Source of the DNA: Rhodobiaceae bacterium
Lineage (GTDB): Bacteria > Pseudomonadota > Alphaproteobacteria > RS24
DNA length: 64,000 bases
Assembly (NCBI GenBank): GCA_024639515.1
Contig: JAHEIG010000001.1
Coordinates: forward strand, 19,904-83,903
Direction of reading: 5' to 3'
This document shows, piece after piece, positions 1 to 8,302 of the stretch (its first letter is position 1; each line of letters begins with the position of its first letter). Position numbers and translations under genes: made by a program. The notes under the pieces are model-generated. The model did not search any database, was not told the origin of the DNA, and was given only the letters and a program-made list of their open reading frames with translations.

Positions 1-368
1 GAAAAACAATCGGCCACCTGCCAATGCGCGATGGCGCTAATTTGCGCCTCGGTGAGACCGGCGTCGCGGGCGGCTTTGCAATGTTGCGAAAAAACAAATT
101 GCGAGCCGACCGCATAACCGGCGCGGGTCTGGCCCAGCTCGCGCAGTTTCGGGTCAATTTGGCGTTCGGGGTCGCGGTAAAAGCGAAACCCTTCAGTGGT
201 ATGCTGAAAAGCATCGGGAACGATATTAAACACCGTCCACCAATTGCCCGGCGTGCCGGTGGCGGTACCTGGTTGCTCTATCGGGTCGCGATCGCCGAAC
301 AAAATATTGAAAATCTGTTCTGCATAAGGATTACCGGCTTCGCGTCCGGCCTGTTTCAAACGCGGCAT
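1..368 (-). CDS. Carboxymuconolactone decarboxylase (AhpD-like) family protein, 3' end outside window
   Basis: Manual minus-strand translation from ATG 368-366 runs with no stop to the window edge (MPRLKQAGREAGNPYAEQIF...SQHCKAARDAGLTEAQISAIAHW). GGGAG sits 6 nt upstream of the ATG. The + strand ORF 24-374 is its antisense shadow. Family call is from motif recollection only. Confidence 0.5.
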   Translation of the reverse strand, partial: MPRLKQAGREAGNPYAEQIFNILFGDRDPIEQPGTATGTPGNWWTVFNIVPDAFQHTTEGFRFYRDPERQIDPKLRELGQTRAGYAVGSQFVFSQHCKAARDAGLTEAQISAIAHWQVADCF

Positions 369-460
369 ATCTAACTCCCTTTTGAAAAGCTTAGCGGCAA
401 AACACGGCGAGCGGCAAGTCGCGAATTTAGCTCTGGCGCTGACTGCCAAGACAGGAAATA

Positions 461-1321
461 ATGTCGCCATCACGGGAGACCAAAATGACCATTGACCGCG
501 CGCGCTTAAAACAACGGCTGGCTCAGGCCGAACCGATTATCGCCCCCGGCGTTTATGACGGCTTGTCTGCGCGCATCGCTGATCAGCAATCTTTCGACGT
601 GCTGTATCTCTCCGGCTATGGCGTATCGGCCAGCCTGTTGGCCAAACCCGATAATGGGTTTTTAACCGCCGCAGATATGCAATTTAGAATTTCCACCCTA
701 TGCGCAGAACTGCAGACGCCGCTCATTGCCGATGCCGATACTGGTTTTGGCGGCCTTGCCGAAACTCAAGCCACCGTCCGCGCCTATGAAGCAGCAGGGG
801 CCGCGGGCATTCAGATCGAAGACCAGCAAGTGCCAAAAATCTGCGGCCATATTCCGGGCCGCGAAGTTGTCTCGCGCGACGATGCAGTGGCTAAAATCGC
901 CGCCGCCGCGCAAGCCCGGCAAGATGAAAACTTCTTAATTGTCGCGCGCACCGATGCCCGCGAACAACACGGGCTAGACGAAGCCATCGCCCGTGGCCGC
1001 CTGTTTGCCAAGGCCGGAGCGGATATTATTTTCGTCGAGTCGCCGGAAAGCGAGGCCGAGTTTGCCGCCATTGGCACAGCCCTCAGCGGCCTGCCGCTTT
1101 TGGCCAATATGGTGGAAGGCGGGCGCAGCCCGTTACTGTCACGCCAGCGCCTACAAGAGTTGGGCTTTGGCTTTATCATTTATCCGGTGGCTGCCATGGC
1201 CGCCACCGCCGCCAGCCTGCAAAACGCCTATGCGCAACTGGCCGAGGGTGACCTCGAGCAAGGGCGCGTCAGCTTTAAACAGCTCAGCCATTTGGTCGGC
1301 TTTGAGGCGAAGGACGAGTAG
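461..1321 (+). CDS. Isocitrate lyase / PEP mutase family protein (methylisocitrate-lyase-like or carboxyvinyl-carboxyphosphonate phosphorylmutase-like)
   Basis: 286-aa ORF with the family pattern APGVYDGLSA, DADTGFGG, IEDQ..PK.CGH, ARTDA. AGGAA lies before the ATG. An alternative ATG at 485 is possible. Confidence 0.75.
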   Translation: MSPSRETKMTIDRARLKQRLAQAEPIIAPGVYDGLSARIADQQSFDVLYLSGYGVSASLLAKPDNGFLTAADMQFRISTLCAELQTPLIADADTGFGGLAETQATVRAYEAAGAAGIQIEDQQVPKICGHIPGREVVSRDDAVAKIAAAAQARQDENFLIVARTDAREQHGLDEAIARGRLFAKAGADIIFVESPESEAEFAAIGTALSGLPLLANMVEGGRSPLLSRQRLQELGFGFIIYPVAAMAATAASLQNAYAQLAEGDLEQGRVSFKQLSHLVGFEAKDE

Positions 1322-1376
1322 GACGAGAAGCACGAGAAGAACTGGGCGACGGCGTTAATCGGCTGGGCCGCCTCGG

Positions 1377-2480
1377 CTAGATGATAAACTGCACCAGCCC
1401 CAGCATCATCGCCGCCATCAGCAGGGTTTGCACACCAACCATGAAGAGCGGGCGCCAACCGGAATCGCGCATCGCCTCGAAGCTGGTTTTAATGCCCAAG
1501 GCGGCCACCGCCATGACTAAGAAGAAGCGGGCGGTTTCGGTCATGAAACTGGCCAGCGGCGCCGGCAGCAAACCAAAAGAATTGACCGCCACCACCAGCA
1601 AAAACATCAGCAGAAAAGACGGCACTTTCGGCACCGAAGCCCCGGTGCCGCGCGCCCCGACCCAAAAAGCAATCAGCGTGACAATCGGAAACAGCAGGGC
1701 GACGCGCAGCAATTTGGTCACTGTGGCGACCTCGCCCGCATCATCGCTGACCGCATAACCGGCCCCCAGCACTTGCGCCACATCGTGAATGGAACCGCCG
1801 AAGAAAACCCCCGAGGCGATGTCATCAAGCTGCAATTGCGTCGCGGCGATGGGATAAACAATCATCGCCACAGATGACATAGTGGCGACGCTGATAATGA
1901 CGAAAATCGTGTTGCGCTCCAGCGTCTCTGATTTCGGCAAGACGGAGGATACCGCCAAGGCCGCCGAGGCGCCGCAAATAGCCACCGCGCCACCGGCCAA
2001 AACCCCCAACTCGCGCGGCAATTTTAGAATTCTTGCGAGCGCCACGCCTGAGAAAAACGTGATGGCAACCACCCCGACCACCGCCAAGACGACGCTATAG
2101 CCAAGCCCAGCGATTTCTTGAAAGGTCAGTTGCGCGCCGGAAATCGCAATGCCGGTGCGCAACAGGTTCTTGGCGGCAAAATCTAGCCCCGGGGCGGTTT
2201 GCTCAACCTTGGCGAGAAAGTTCAACGCCATGCCAACCAGCAAAGCGAAGAAAACTGCTGGCGCCAGATAGTGTTCGGCCAAAAACAGCGCTGACAAAGC
2301 GATGATCAAAACCGTCGACAGGCCCGGCGTCAGCCGCTTAATGCCGTCGACACTCCACAGCTTAACCGGCGCCGCCTCTAGCGTCGGCAGACCCTCCATC
2401 GAGTCCATATGGCTGAGATTGGCATAATTGAATTGCGAGAGACCCTGTTGCGTCTGCTCACGATCGCTGGAATGTGGCAT
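1377..2480 (-). CDS. YeiH/UPF0324 family integral membrane protein (putative sulfate exporter family)
   Basis: Polytopic membrane ORF. The track ORF extends to 2582, but ATG at 2480 (MPHSSD...) avoids overlapping the divergent TetR gene. Start is uncertain. Confidence 0.65.
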   Translation of the reverse strand: MPHSSDREQTQQGLSQFNYANLSHMDSMEGLPTLEAAPVKLWSVDGIKRLTPGLSTVLIIALSALFLAEHYLAPAVFFALLVGMALNFLAKVEQTAPGLDFAAKNLLRTGIAISGAQLTFQEIAGLGYSVVLAVVGVVAITFFSGVALARILKLPRELGVLAGGAVAICGASAALAVSSVLPKSETLERNTIFVIISVATMSSVAMIVYPIAATQLQLDDIASGVFFGGSIHDVAQVLGAGYAVSDDAGEVATVTKLLRVALLFPIVTLIAFWVGARGTGASVPKVPSFLLMFLLVVAVNSFGLLPAPLASFMTETARFFLVMAVAALGIKTSFEAMRDSGWRPLFMVGVQTLLMAAMMLGLVQFII

Positions 2481-2606
2481 ATGACCCCTCGCGTGAATGC
2501 CGCTAGAGCATAGCAATGTTTGCCACCCACCGCCAGATGCGCTGAAGCTGATCGGGGGCAGGCGATATTTTCGTTGACCCATGCAAACACCTTGCTAGAA
2601 CAAGGT

Positions 2607-3227
2607 ATGTTACACGAGCGCGATAAACCGCAGCAAACGCGGTCCAAAAAACGGGTTGAGGCAACGCTGCAAGCGGCCAAGAAAGTGCTGGCCGAGAGCG
2701 GCTATGCCAGCATGACGCTGCAAGCTGTATGCCAAGAGGCGGATGTGAAACCGACCTCGATTTACCGCTATTGGCCCAATCAAGCGGCCTTGCTGACCAG
2801 TCTGTTAGAGGTGTTTGAAGAAGAAATGGCTGCCCTGATTCTTGGCCACGCCGAAAACGGCGACTCCAGCGATTGGCGCCACAGCCTGCGCCAGTTGATA
2901 GGCGACATCACGGATTATTGCGAAGCCAATCTCTGGGTCTATGCCGGACGCACGGCGCTGTCGGATAATTCGGTTTTCATGCAAATGCACAAGCAAACAT
3001 TTGCCCTTTTCGCGCAGCATATCAGCCGCTTATTCGACGCCATGGGCATGGTCGATGATGCCAAAAAACTCCACGCGGCGCAAACCTACACGCTGATCAT
3101 GGACGCTTATATGGGCGCCGTGTCGCGCGATAGCGGCAATCGCGAGGCCATCCGCCAAATTCAAGGCACTTTCATGGAAGTCATCTGCGCGTTTGTGGCG
3201 CCGTATTTTGAGGCAACCTCAAGCTAA
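2607..3227 (+). CDS. TetR/AcrR family transcriptional regulator
   Basis: N-terminal HTH (SGYASMTLQAVCQEADVKPTSIYRYWPN) typical of TetR. Start taken at ATG 2607 inside track ORF 2520-3227. Divergent from the YeiH-like gene. Confidence 0.75.
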   Translation: MLHERDKPQQTRSKKRVEATLQAAKKVLAESGYASMTLQAVCQEADVKPTSIYRYWPNQAALLTSLLEVFEEEMAALILGHAENGDSSDWRHSLRQLIGDITDYCEANLWVYAGRTALSDNSVFMQMHKQTFALFAQHISRLFDAMGMVDDAKKLHAAQTYTLIMDAYMGAVSRDSGNREAIRQIQGTFMEVICAFVAPYFEATSS

Positions 3228-3313
3228 CCCACCGGCTTGCGCCAACCCCACGCCCGTATTGCAAAGCCGCGCCTTTGTGCTAGCCTTTGCCTCAACTATT
3301 TAGGGGAGTTGTC

Positions 3314-4165
3314 ATGTTATCCGTTGTTGTTACCGGCGCATCATCCGGTATTGGTCGCCAAATTTCGCAGACACTTGTGGCCAATGGCTATCGGGTGTTT
3401 GGCTCTGTGCGCAAAGCCAGTGATGGCGAGGCGGTTGCCGCCGATTTGGGCGGAAACTTCGTGCCTTTGGTGTTTGACGTTACTGACCGCGAGGCTGTTG
3501 ACCGCGCCGCCCAACAAGTCGATGCGGCGCTGCAAGGTAAAACCCTTGCTGGTCTGATTAACAATGCCGGTATTGCGGTGATCGGGGCGATACAAAATCT
3601 GTCGCCGGAGGAGTTCCAAAATCAGTTTGATGTCAATCTGATGGGGGTGTTCCACTGCACGCAAGCGTTTCTCGACCTGCTCGGGGCCGATAGCGGGCGC
3701 GACGGCGCGCCGGGCAAAATCATTAATATCAGCTCGGTTTCGGGTGAGATTGGTATGCCGCTGATGGGTGCTTACAATATGAGTAAATTTGGGCTCGACG
3801 GTTTTTCCGAGGCCCTGCGGCGCGAGCTGATGCTGTTTGGCATTGATGTTGTGGTGCTTGCACCAGGGCCAGTGAAAACCCCGATCTGGGAAAAAATGCC
3901 CGGCGACGAAATGCTGGTCCGCTATGACAACTCAGCCTTTCGCGATGTGCTGGCCCGGATGATGGGCTTCACCGAACAAATGGAGAGCGGTGGTTATGAA
4001 CCAGAGGTCATTGCCGACCGCGCCTTGGCCGTGTTGCGGGCCGCTAAGCCGAAAACCCGCTACACGCTTGACGCCCAGTGGATGCAGAACCGGCTTCTGG
4101 CCCGCCTGCCCAAGCGCATGGCCGACAAAATGATTGCCAAGCAAATGGGGCTACAGAAAAAATAG
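3314..4165 (+). CDS. SDR family oxidoreductase
   Basis: TGASSGIGRQ cofactor motif, NNAG, and the S...YxxxK catalytic pattern (YNMSK). GGGGAG RBS lies before ATG 3314. Confidence 0.85.
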   Translation: MLSVVVTGASSGIGRQISQTLVANGYRVFGSVRKASDGEAVAADLGGNFVPLVFDVTDREAVDRAAQQVDAALQGKTLAGLINNAGIAVIGAIQNLSPEEFQNQFDVNLMGVFHCTQAFLDLLGADSGRDGAPGKIINISSVSGEIGMPLMGAYNMSKFGLDGFSEALRRELMLFGIDVVVLAPGPVKTPIWEKMPGDEMLVRYDNSAFRDVLARMMGFTEQMESGGYEPEVIADRALAVLRAAKPKTRYTLDAQWMQNRLLARLPKRMADKMIAKQMGLQKK

Positions 4166-4215
4166 CCTGCCCCTTGGGGCAATTCCCATAAAGCTTTTGG
4201 GCGGCATAAAATAAA

Positions 4216-4245
4216 TTGACACTCAATGTGTCATAAATCTATCTT
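4216..4245 (+). promoter_or_regulatory. Sigma-70-type promoter candidate for the DUF2855-DUF4396-MFS module
   Basis: TTGACA (4216-4221), an 18-nt spacer, TATCTT (4240-4245). Lies 29 nt upstream of ATG 4274. Confidence 0.5.
4217..4233. promoter_or_regulatory. Inverted repeat TGACAC-N5-GTGTCA overlapping the -35 (operator candidate)
   Basis: Perfect 6-bp arms at 4217-4222 and 4228-4233. A TetR-type regulator is encoded 1 kb upstream. Confidence 0.4.
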
Positions 4246-4273
4246 ACAACCTGCAAGATAGGAGACACCCCAC

Positions 4274-5386
4274 ATGCGCCTGACTTCAACTGATTTCGTT
4301 TTTAACCCTGACGACTTTCGGGACGCCAAATTTATCGACGGCGGTGAGCTGGATAGTGACCAGTTAAACGACGGCGAGGTGATTATTGCCGTCGACCGTC
4401 TGGCCCTGACCGCCAATACCATTTCCTATGGCATCGCTGGCAAGTCCGGCCTTATCCGCTATCTCGAGAGTTTCCCGACTGACGCGCCTTATGCGCGCAT
4501 GCCGTTTTGGGGGTTTGGCGATATTGTCGCCTCGGCCCACCCAGATTTGCCGGTCGGCGAGCGGCTTTACGGCTTCTACCCGTTATCGACCTATCTGCTG
4601 TGCCAAATGGATCATGTGAGCGCGGTGTCTTGTCGCGATATGACGCCGAGCCGAGCCAGCATTCCGGGGTTTTATAGCGACTATGCGCGGGCCACCGCCG
4701 AGCCGGGCTATGCCGCAGAATTTGATGATATTCAAAGCCTGTTGCGGCCTGTCATCAGCACCTCTTTTCTGCTTGAGAGCTATCTGATGGATCATGATTT
4801 TTACAACACGCGCAATATCATCATCACCAGCGCGTCGAGCAAAACCGCTTTTGGCTTTGGCCATTTTCTGCTCAATAAACACAGCGACAAATGCCGCGCC
4901 ATTGGCCTGACATCGGTCAGCAATAAAGCCTTTGTCGAAAAGACCGGCTGTTATCACCAAGTGTTGACCTATGACGAGGTCGACCAATTACCGCTCGAAA
5001 GCGCCACGGTTTTTGATATGGCCGGTAATGCGCAATTGCGCCAAGCCATCCACCAACACCTTGGCGAGCACATCGCCTATAGCGGTATTGTCGGCGCCAC
5101 CCATTGGGATGCCGGTGGCGTCAGCAAAAACCTGCCCGGCCCGCGACCGGTTTTCTGGTCGGGGCCAGACCAAATCGCGCGGCTTGAGAAAAAGCTCGGC
5201 TCGACCCACAACATTCTCAATGAAGTGCAAGGTCAGGTATTGGGTCTGATTCTGGAGAGTGCCAACTGGCTAGAAATATCGCAGTTTCAGGGAGAAGCAG
5301 AAATCACCAGCGCCTATCGCGACATGCTAGACGGCAAAGTCGGGGCTGAGACAGGTGTTATTTTTTGCGCCAAAGGCGTATTTTAA
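4274..5386 (+). CDS. DUF2855-like protein (MDR-fold-like, function unknown), paralog 1
   Basis: 370 aa. Shares FxxTANxxxYGxAG, WGF, VGERxxGYxP, SASSKTAxG, GLTSxxNxxFVExxGCY and THW blocks with ORF 11763-12872. AGGAGA RBS. Confidence 0.6.
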   Translation: MRLTSTDFVFNPDDFRDAKFIDGGELDSDQLNDGEVIIAVDRLALTANTISYGIAGKSGLIRYLESFPTDAPYARMPFWGFGDIVASAHPDLPVGERLYGFYPLSTYLLCQMDHVSAVSCRDMTPSRASIPGFYSDYARATAEPGYAAEFDDIQSLLRPVISTSFLLESYLMDHDFYNTRNIIITSASSKTAFGFGHFLLNKHSDKCRAIGLTSVSNKAFVEKTGCYHQVLTYDEVDQLPLESATVFDMAGNAQLRQAIHQHLGEHIAYSGIVGATHWDAGGVSKNLPGPRPVFWSGPDQIARLEKKLGSTHNILNEVQGQVLGLILESANWLEISQFQGEAEITSAYRDMLDGKVGAETGVIFCAKGVF

Positions 5387-5431
5387 TCCTGCCCCATTGA
5401 AAAACCCGTCGCCATGTCCAATATCTAATAT

Positions 5432-5890
5432 ATGAGCGAAACAACACCAAAAACCGCCTCGCCTTTCAGCATTGATTGGCGCTGCCGCCCAACCTGGCGC
5501 ACCGCCAGCTATAACACCTTATGGTGCCTCATCGGCTGTTCGATTGGCGATATGGGCACCATCCTTTATTTCCAACTGACCGGCATTGCCTGGCCGGTCT
5601 GGGCAATTATGGGGCTGGCGATTATCAACGGCTTGCTGACCTCGATTGCGCTGGAAACCATTTTGCTGGCCCGCCAAATGGCGCTGAAAGCAGCCTTTCA
5701 TACGGCCATTGGCATGTCGCTGATTTCTATGGTGTCGATGGAACTGGCAATGAACATTGTCGATGTGCTGGTCACTGGCGGCGCCCGCCTCACCCTCTGG
5801 GTTTTGCCGCTGATGTCGTTGGCCGGCTTTATCACCCCACTGCCGTATAATTATTGGCGCCTAAAAGCCCTCGGCAAGGCCTGCCACTAG
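5432..5890 (+). CDS. DUF4396-like small integral membrane protein
   Basis: 152 aa, about 4 TM, with a CLIGCSIGDMG motif in the first helix. Family recalled from that motif. No clear RBS. Confidence 0.5.
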   Translation: MSETTPKTASPFSIDWRCRPTWRTASYNTLWCLIGCSIGDMGTILYFQLTGIAWPVWAIMGLAIINGLLTSIALETILLARQMALKAAFHTAIGMSLISMVSMELAMNIVDVLVTGGARLTLWVLPLMSLAGFITPLPYNYWRLKALGKACH

Positions 5891-5956
5891 CATTAACTGT
5901 TTTCTTTTTCCAACAGCTTGTATAGCCTTCTCACACGTAAGAGGGAGTTCAAGTTT

Positions 5957-7204
5957 ATGGAGCAAGTCAATGAGTTTAAGCGCGGTTGGAAGGTTCTATT
6001 CGCTTGTTTTTTGGGTATCGCGGTTAATCTGGCCACACTTCCCTATTATACCAATGGTATTTTCATTCGCTTCTGGCAGGAAGAATTTGGCTGGAGTCGC
6101 GCCGAAATAGGTGCCCAGACAAGTATCGCCGTGATTGTCATGGTGCTCAGTGCACCGCTTGCCGGACGCTTGCTCGACCGCTATGGCATCCGTTTGGTGG
6201 CCTCTATTTCGCTGACGCTTTTCGCGGTGACGCTATATTCAGTGCGCCATGTCGTTGATTCACTGGCCGACCTTTACATCATCTCTATGCTATATGCGCT
6301 TTTAGGTATCGCCTCGACACCGATTGCTTTTACCCGCGCGATTAGCGCGTTTTTCGTCAAACATCGCGGCCTGGCGCTTGGTATCGGCCTTTCTTCAACC
6401 GGCCTGACAGCTTATTTCTCGCAAACCTATCTGACGCCTTATGTCGCCGAACATGGCTGGCGCGCCGGTTATGACATTCTGTTCTGGGTGGTCATGGTGA
6501 CGGTGCCATTCGTCTATTTCTGGACCCGCGATTATCCCGAGGACACGCCAACACAAAACCAAGACAGCGAGACAGCACCCAGTGAGCAGAGAGCGCAAAG
6601 TGCACATAGTGATTATGACCTAACCTTCTCGGAAAGCATCCGCACCGTCACATTCTGGAAACTCGCGACTATTTTCTTTATCCTCGCCGTGGCCATTCTC
6701 GGCATTGTGCCAGCCTATATTCCGCTGCTTCTCGACGCTGGCCTATCGCCCGCCGAGGCCGGTCAAATTGGCGGGGTGATGGGCATTTCGGTATTGGCAG
6801 GACGCCTCATCATCGGCGCCGCTCTGGACCGCGTCTATCCGCCTTATGTGGTCGCCACCGTCTTTACATTGGTCGCCGCCAGCTGCTTGGCATTGGGCAT
6901 GGGGGGTATTGAATATGCCTTGCTCACGGCCATCGCTCTGGGCTTTGCCGTCGGCGCCGAAGTTGACCTTATTGGCTATTTCACGGCGCGCTATTTTGGC
7001 CTGTCCCATTACGGGGCCATTTATGGTCTGCAATACAGCATTTTCATCGGCGGTGCTGGGGTCAGCCCGATTTTGGTCGGCTATAGCTGGGACGTCACCG
7101 GCAATTATGATGTGGCGCTGATTGGCGCCGCGTGCATGCTGATACCGGTGGTGCTGATCAGCTTCACCCTGCCGCGTTTTAACGACGAAATGGCCGCCCA
7201 TTAA
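5957..7204 (+). CDS. MFS transporter
   Basis: About 12 TM segments split by a central hydrophilic loop (PTQNQDSETAPSEQRAQ), plus an MFS-like GRLLDRYG motif. ATG 5957 follows GAGGGAG. TTG 5918 is an alternative start. Confidence 0.75.
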   Translation: MEQVNEFKRGWKVLFACFLGIAVNLATLPYYTNGIFIRFWQEEFGWSRAEIGAQTSIAVIVMVLSAPLAGRLLDRYGIRLVASISLTLFAVTLYSVRHVVDSLADLYIISMLYALLGIASTPIAFTRAISAFFVKHRGLALGIGLSSTGLTAYFSQTYLTPYVAEHGWRAGYDILFWVVMVTVPFVYFWTRDYPEDTPTQNQDSETAPSEQRAQSAHSDYDLTFSESIRTVTFWKLATIFFILAVAILGIVPAYIPLLLDAGLSPAEAGQIGGVMGISVLAGRLIIGAALDRVYPPYVVATVFTLVAASCLALGMGGIEYALLTAIALGFAVGAEVDLIGYFTARYFGLSHYGAIYGLQYSIFIGGAGVSPILVGYSWDVTGNYDVALIGAACMLIPVVLISFTLPRFNDEMAAH

Positions 7205-7324
7205 GCCGCCCATAGGGGTATTCGCAAGGCCTTAAGCCGGCTGATGACGGGGCCGCCAATGCTTGACTTATCGACACCGGGGTGCCAGCATCTTTAGCAA
7301 TCTTGGGAGGATTGTGACAGTCGT

Positions 7325-7368
7325 GTTTTTGACGCGATGGAGGTTGCGTTTTTGGACGCGATAGGAGG
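7325..7368 (+). repeat. Imperfect tandem direct repeat GTTTTTG(G)ACGCGAT(A)GGAGG x2
   Basis: Copy 1 at 7325-7343, copy 2 at 7348-7368, a 23-nt period with one single-base indel in each copy. Copy 2 supplies the RBS of the 7377 ORF. Confidence 0.7.
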
Positions 7369-7376
7369 AGTAAACA

Positions 7377-8276
7377 GTGTTTAAATATAAACCGAAAACA
7401 GTCGATGAAATTGTCATTCGGGATTTTTCCTTTGAATTTCCAGATGACATTGATCCCGTATGGATTCCCAATCAACGTGTGCGCAGTCACATGTTCAACG
7501 GCCTATCTCTGACCATGCCGCATCTTGAGCCATATCTGGTCAAGACAGCCCGCGAGTCAGCCCGTGGCATTGAATGCGAAGAATTGCTGGCCGATATTCG
7601 TGGCTTCTGCGGCCAAGAGAGCCAGCATTATAAATGTCATCGCCGTCTCAATGATGTGCTGACCGCCAATGGCTATCCTGAGTTCGCGAAAGTCGAAGAA
7701 CGCATGGATAAGGCATGGAAAAAACTAATGACCCAAAGCCTCGAAAAGCGGCTCGCCTATTCAGCCGGTTTTGAGTGTATGACCAATGGCTTCACCCTGT
7801 GGCTGATTAAAAAGCGTCTGCAATTATTCAAAAATGCAGATCCGCATATCACCTCTTTCTGGCTGATGCATATGATTGAAGAAACCGAGCACAAAACCGT
7901 TGCGCTCGATTGCTATATGGCCCATTCGGGTCGCTATTGGACGCGCTTCTTGGGCGTGTTCCACGGCTCGTTCCATGTCGTCGGCTGGGGTCTTATCGGC
8001 ATGATGTCGGGCCTTAAACAAGATGGCGTGCTGAAAAAACCAAGCACATGGTTTGAGCTGGCCCGCGAAATGGGGTCGATGATTTATAATGTCGGGCCGT
8101 TTTTGCTCCGCGCCTTAAAGCCCGGCCATGACGCGCGTGACGAGATTGACCCGTCATGGATGCATCAATGGACGGATGGCTACGCCAAAATGCCTGCTGA
8201 ACAGCCTATCCCGCTCCTGGATACAGAACATCCGGACATGCCGGTACCTTTTGAAACCTTACAGGCAGCTGAATAA
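7377..8276 (+). CDS. Predicted metal-dependent hydrolase family (PF10118-like) protein with diiron-like ExxH motifs
   Basis: GTG start 7 nt after AGGAGGAG. N-terminal FSFEFPDDIDPVW pattern. E51...E81-S-Q-H84 and E133...E169-T-E-H172 motifs. Confidence 0.5.
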   Translation: MFKYKPKTVDEIVIRDFSFEFPDDIDPVWIPNQRVRSHMFNGLSLTMPHLEPYLVKTARESARGIECEELLADIRGFCGQESQHYKCHRRLNDVLTANGYPEFAKVEERMDKAWKKLMTQSLEKRLAYSAGFECMTNGFTLWLIKKRLQLFKNADPHITSFWLMHMIEETEHKTVALDCYMAHSGRYWTRFLGVFHGSFHVVGWGLIGMMSGLKQDGVLKKPSTWFELAREMGSMIYNVGPFLLRALKPGHDARDEIDPSWMHQWTDGYAKMPAEQPIPLLDTEHPDMPVPFETLQAAE

Positions 8277-8302
8277 CCTGTAGATCTGTCTGGGAGGACA
8301 TT

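Noticed and set aside
24-374. 116-aa + strand ORF at the left edge
   Set aside because: It is antisense to a better minus-strand reading frame that has an RBS and a carboxymuconolactone-decarboxylase-like sequence. It shows no RBS or recognisable motifs of its own.
2481-2582. N-terminal extensions of track ORFs that begin far upstream of the conserved protein cores (1377-2582, 2520-3227, 8804-9604, 47640-49049, 49080-49610, 50629-51948, 52038-54221, 59081-60799)
   Set aside because: In each case an internal ATG with a good purine-rich RBS gives the N-terminus expected for the family and removes overlap with the neighbouring gene. The extensions are artefacts of longest-ORF calling.
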